Of a stretch of 64,000 nt of DNA, positions 60,093-64,000 are shown in pieces. The first letter of the stretch is position 1, and each line of letters begins with the position of its first letter. The DNA is taken from the NCBI GenBank assembly GCA_965248575.1, contig CBDFJQ010000002.1, positions 832,001-896,000 of the forward strand. The letters are read 5' to 3'. This DNA comes from Planctomycetota bacterium. GTDB lineage: Bacteria > Planctomycetota > B15-G4. The position numbers and the translations under genes were made by a program. The notes below the pieces were generated by a model. The model ran no database searches, was not told the origin of the DNA, and saw only the letters and a program-made list of their open reading frames with translations.

Positions 60093-61355
60093 GTGGCAAT
60101 GACGCTGGTTTTCATGGCTGCTCTCTTGGTCTGTTCCGGTTTCGTCTCGGGCAGCGAGACGGCCGTGTTCTCGCTTTCGGCTGCTGAGCGCAGGGCACTG
60201 GCGCAGCGCACACCCTTGGTGAAGTCGCTGCTGGCGCGTCCGGGGCGCCTGCTGGTGACTCTCTTGCTGGCGAATCTGATCATCAACGTCGGCTACTTCA
60301 CGCTGTCGGCCTCCGTCAGCCTGGAACTCCTGCAGAGCGATCGCGGCGGATTGGCGCTGGGTGTGGCTGTCGCGAGCTTGGGAGCCATGGTGGTCCTGGG
60401 TGAGATTGTTCCCAAGACCCTCGCTCTGGCTGACGGCCTGCGGATCGTGCGTGGGGTTTCTCCGGCCCTGTCGATCTTGTCGTTCGTCCTGGCCCCGCTT
60501 GTGTGGGTTGGCGCATGGGTCACGGAGATTGTTGAGCGTCTGCTCTTTGGCGCACGATCGCGTCCTGCCGTCCGCGCAGCAGATCTGAAGGCGATGCTTG
60601 GCGATGAAGGAGGCGATGCGTCGGAGCGACGGGTCGAGTTCGCGCTTCTGAGTGACGTCATCGATTTCGGCGAGCTGAAAGCCAAAGCCCTGATGGTTCC
60701 TCGAGTCGACATGGCAGTGCTGGACCTGGCCGAAGACCGGGCTGCGTGGGTGGCTGTCATGGCCGAGCAGCCCCACACGGACTACCCCGTGATTGACGGT
60801 TCGCCCGACAAGTTGTTGGGCGTCGTCAATGCGACACGCGTCATGCTGGAGACCGAGACGCCGCTGGAAGAGCTGGTCGAACCTGCGCTGCTCGCACCGC
60901 TGAGCCTTGGGGCAGAACGCCTGGTGCTTCGAATGATTCACGAAGACTGCCAGCTTGCAGTGCTCTTGGATGAGTTTGGAGGAGTGGCTGGGCTCGTGGG
61001 CCGCGCAGAACTCGCCCAAGAACTCCTGGGCGAGGTCGATACCGAGCGCATGGGCCCCGTGGAACGGCTCGGAAACGGGTCGGCCCTGGTCATGGGGCGG
61101 TGCCCCGTGCATCGCTTGGAAGAGGAGCTCGGCCCGGTCTTCACCAGCCGCCGGGCGGGGACTGTCGGGGGGGCCGTCGCAGAGGCGCTTTCTGCGGTGC
61201 CCCGACGTGGTGACGAGCTGCGGCTCGGCAACTGGAGCCTGCGTGTCCTGAGCATGGACGGCGGGCGCGTGGGTCGCTTGCTCGTGAAGCCCGAGCCGGC
61301 GTCGGAGCGCGAGCTGGAGGGCGAAGACGACACCTCCGGAGGAACGCCAGCATGA
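60093..61355 (+). CDS. CNNM/CBS/CorC (HlyC-type) membrane protein
   Basis: SGSETAVFSL, GEIVPK, MVPRVD, DEFGGVAGLV. Confidence 0.9.
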   Translation: MAMTLVFMAALLVCSGFVSGSETAVFSLSAAERRALAQRTPLVKSLLARPGRLLVTLLLANLIINVGYFTLSASVSLELLQSDRGGLALGVAVASLGAMVVLGEIVPKTLALADGLRIVRGVSPALSILSFVLAPLVWVGAWVTEIVERLLFGARSRPAVRAADLKAMLGDEGGDASERRVEFALLSDVIDFGELKAKALMVPRVDMAVLDLAEDRAAWVAVMAEQPHTDYPVIDGSPDKLLGVVNATRVMLETETPLEELVEPALLAPLSLGAERLVLRMIHEDCQLAVLLDEFGGVAGLVGRAELAQELLGEVDTERMGPVERLGNGSALVMGRCPVHRLEEELGPVFTSRRAGTVGGAVAEALSAVPRRGDELRLGNWSLRVLSMDGGRVGRLLVKPEPASERELEGEDDTSGGTPA

Positions 61356-62305
61356 CCGCGAGCCTGTTTCTGCTAGCGGTGCTCCTGTCCGCGCTCTTCT
61401 CGGGCCTGGAGACTGGGCTGTACAGCACGAGTCGCCTGCGCATCCAGCTGGATGCGAGCAGCGGCATCCGGCCGGCAGTCCGGGCTCGGGCGCTGCTCAA
61501 GGACATGCCCACCTTGTTGACCGTCCTGCTGGTGTCCAACAACACGGCAAATTGGGCCGCGAGCCTGCTCGCGCAGGTTCTACTGCTGGAGTACGGGGTG
61601 CGGGACCCTGAAGCGGTCGGGACCTTCGGAGTCTCCGTCGTGCTGTTCGTGCTGGCCGAATCGGTTCCCAAGCAGGCCTTTCATCGGGGACGCGAGCGGC
61701 TGCTCTATCCTGTCGTGCCGATCCTCGCGGCAGCCCATGCGGCGCTGCGCTGGCCCACCTGGCCACTCACCCGCTTCGCCCAGTGGTTCTCTCAGGTGAT
61801 CGGCAGCGGCTCAGGCTCTAGCAGGCCCGGCACGGGGCCTCGTGAGGCGCTGATTCTCGCCGGCAGGAGGGAAGGCTTCCTGACCCCCTTCCAGGAGCGG
61901 GTGGCTCACAGCGTGCTCGGCATGAGAACCCGCACGGCGGCAAACGAGGCCCGGGAGGTCTCTGCCTTCATCAGCACCTGTCTAGGGAGCCCGGGGGTGA
62001 CAGTCCCCCCGGGCTCTCGTGACCCGCGGGTTCTCGTCCTGGACTCCAGTGGGCGACAGCCCCTTGGCTGGGTGATCTTGGCGACCCTCTGGACCCCCTC
62101 GGGTTTCCGCCAAGTGAGCCCCCGCGAGATCCAGCCTGTGCTCCAGGTGAGCGAAGCCTCCCGCCTGGACGAGGTCTATCTCCAACTCGATCGCATGGAG
62201 ACGCCCTTCGCGTGGGTGCGCCGAGCCAATGGCGAGCTGGGTGTCCTCGACGCAAATCACCTTCGGGGGCGGGTGATGGGCACGACGAGCGAGAGCCCCA
62301 CCTGA
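61352..62305 (+). CDS. CNNM (DUF21) domain protein with degenerate C-terminus
   Basis: FSGLETGLYS, LLVSNN, AESVPK. Confidence 0.8.
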   Translation: MTASLFLLAVLLSALFSGLETGLYSTSRLRIQLDASSGIRPAVRARALLKDMPTLLTVLLVSNNTANWAASLLAQVLLLEYGVRDPEAVGTFGVSVVLFVLAESVPKQAFHRGRERLLYPVVPILAAAHAALRWPTWPLTRFAQWFSQVIGSGSGSSRPGTGPREALILAGRREGFLTPFQERVAHSVLGMRTRTAANEAREVSAFISTCLGSPGVTVPPGSRDPRVLVLDSSGRQPLGWVILATLWTPSGFRQVSPREIQPVLQVSEASRLDEVYLQLDRMETPFAWVRRANGELGVLDANHLRGRVMGTTSESPT

Positions 62306-62436
62306 GGCGGCCTTTCCCCATCTCCTGCGTTGCAAGGGGCCCTGTGGCCACCTAAGATCCAAACTGGCGGCCCCTAACGAGACCCATCGGGCAGGTCAGA
62401 GCTCGAAGAATCCACACGATAGAGGAGGTCACCCTC

Positions 62437-62976
62437 GTGGCTGGCGACAAGGACTACTACTCGTTTGATGAAGTGCTCTCCGGCCTCCGGATGGAGGAGG
62501 ATGAGCTGAAGAGACTGGTCTCAGCCGGCGAAATTCGTGCTTTCCGCGAGAAAGACACGATGCGCTTCAAGGCCGCCGACATCGAACGCCTGAAGAGCAG
62601 CCCGACGGACGACGACCTGGAGCTGGACCTCGGCGAGGAGCTGGACCTGGGGGATGACCTGGGCGGCGACTTGATCGAAGACCTGGATCTGGGTGGTGAC
62701 GAGTTCGTCCTCGAACCTGAAGACTCGGCGGGTCTTGAGGTGGAGGAGCTGGATCTTGCGGCCGACAGCAGTCGGTCGGGATCCGACCGCGCCCCCGCGC
62801 GTCGGACCCCTCGCAGCCAGCAAGCTCAGGAAGAAGTTTCGGAAGGCGCCGGAATGCTTTTCTTCATGGGCTTGGGTTTCGTCATTCTGATCTTCGCGAA
62901 CTTTGCGGCAGCTGGAGCCGTGACGGGTTCGACCAATGCCTTGACCGGCTTCATCGCGGAGATGTTCGCCGGCTGA
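62437..62976 (+). CDS. HTH + acidic linker + C-terminal TM protein
   Basis: YYSFDEV...GEIRAFR...MRFK HTH-like start; D/E/L-rich linker; TM; GGAGG RBS. Confidence 0.75.
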   Translation: MAGDKDYYSFDEVLSGLRMEEDELKRLVSAGEIRAFREKDTMRFKAADIERLKSSPTDDDLELDLGEELDLGDDLGGDLIEDLDLGGDEFVLEPEDSAGLEVEELDLAADSSRSGSDRAPARRTPRSQQAQEEVSEGAGMLFFMGLGFVILIFANFAAAGAVTGSTNALTGFIAEMFAG

Positions 62977-63036
62977 TTCGATCATCGTTCAACCATCTAT
63001 TCACCAAGATAGACACACATCAAACGGGAGGGTTTC

Positions 63037-63765
63037 GTGGTGTCCACCATCATGAGTAGGAAGTCGTTGTGGGTTGCTGCCGCGGTTGTCGGTTGCCTGC
63101 TGCCTGGATGCGTCACGGCTTCCAAGTACTACGCACTGGAAGATGAGCTGGCTCGCAGCCAGGAAGAAAACGCGTACATGCGAGACACCCTCGGCCACGC
63201 CGAGTCCATGTTGACGGACAGCGAACTGGATCAGGAAGATCTGTCGCGTCTGCAGGCGGAACTCGCCGCTGCTCAGCTCCAGAAGCAGGAGTTGCTGGCT
63301 GAGTACGAGCGCTTCCGCACTGAAATGGGCTTCCTGGATGCCGAGGGGCTGACGAATGTCGTCAACGCCGAGGAAGGGATGTACGGCTACCGCGCCGAGG
63401 GCGATGTGCTCTTCACCAGCGGCAGTTCGGTCCTGACCGCCGCCGGCAAGAAGTCCCTCTCGGTTGTCGCGCAGCGCATCTCCGACATTGACTCGCCCAT
63501 CCGCATCGACGGGCATACGGACATCGACCCGATCAAGAAGACCAAGGCCGACTATCCGCACGGAAACATCCAGCTGGGTGCTCTGCGCGCGATTGCCGTC
63601 AGGGCTTTCCTGGTCGAGCAGGGCATCGCGGCTTCGCGGATCTCCATCGCCTCCTTCGGGCAGTACAAGCCGCTCAGGCAAGGTAAGGACTCCAAGTCGA
63701 AGTCTCAGAACCGTCGTGTTGAGATCATGCTTCGCATGGCGAACACGACGATCACCCAGGGCTAG
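63037..63765 (+). CDS. OmpA/MotB family lipoprotein
   Basis: LPGC lipobox, coiled coil, IDGHTD, RAIAV, QNRRVEI. Confidence 0.9.
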   Translation: MVSTIMSRKSLWVAAAVVGCLLPGCVTASKYYALEDELARSQEENAYMRDTLGHAESMLTDSELDQEDLSRLQAELAAAQLQKQELLAEYERFRTEMGFLDAEGLTNVVNAEEGMYGYRAEGDVLFTSGSSVLTAAGKKSLSVVAQRISDIDSPIRIDGHTDIDPIKKTKADYPHGNIQLGALRAIAVRAFLVEQGIAASRISIASFGQYKPLRQGKDSKSKSQNRRVEIMLRMANTTITQG

Positions 63766-63806
63766 CAGCATTTCCCCTGGTGACGTGGTGGGCCTTGGGG
63801 CTGTCC

Positions 63807-64000
63807 ATGGACAGTCCTGAGCTCACCCCGATCCTGCGTCCACAGCTGGAGTCTGCACTCCAAGCTGTGGGCGCAGCTCCGTTGAAGAGACACGGGCAGA
63901 ACTTCCTGCTCGACAACAATCTCTTGGCGGCCATCGTTCGGGACGCCGGGGTTGGAGCCAGCGATACGGTTCTTGAGGTGGGTCCCGGGCCCGGCTTGCT
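63807..64000 (+). CDS. rsmA: 16S rRNA dimethyltransferase RsmA/KsgA, runs off the right edge
   Basis: Manual translation gives KRHGQNFLLD...VLEVGPGPGL. Confidence 0.9.
   Translation, partial: MDSPELTPILRPQLESALQAVGAAPLKRHGQNFLLDNNLLAAIVRDAGVGASDTVLEVGPGPGL

Overview
GC-rich bacterial chromosome segment, probably Planctomycetota (inferred from gene content: TPR Ser/Thr kinase, TPR-CHAT protease, sulfatase-like proteins, tandem PilB/GspE ATPases, HTH-acidic-TM protein). 1-8.6 kb is an aryl-polyene/xanthomonadin-like type II PKS cluster (acyltransferase, hot-dog dehydratase, chain-length factor, ketosynthase, FabG, lipoprotein) with two flavin-dependent halogenase-like genes and an O-methyltransferase. 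It is cut by the left edge. 13-23 kb is an accessory zone downstream of an intact tRNA-Pro(TGG). Two further copies of the tRNA 3' end (19.2 kb, 16.2 kb) are each followed by the same ~120-bp CCGTAG-rich element, which suggests tandem tRNA-targeted islets with no integrase in the window. The islets carry a TPR kinase, an SRPBCC protein, an FG-GAP/beta-helix protein and gene debris including an IS91-like fragment. A signal-peptide TPR-CHAT protease gene abuts the outer junction. The rest is mostly housekeeping (lexA, nadB, hflX, secDF, rplS, trmD, riboflavin synthase, glycosyltransferases, orphan adenine methylase, fumC, HelY-like helicase, rplM-rpsI, yebC, ppdK, pilB-pilB-pilC, CNNM pair, OmpA/MotB, rsmA). 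All product calls come from reading motifs by eye; no database search was run.
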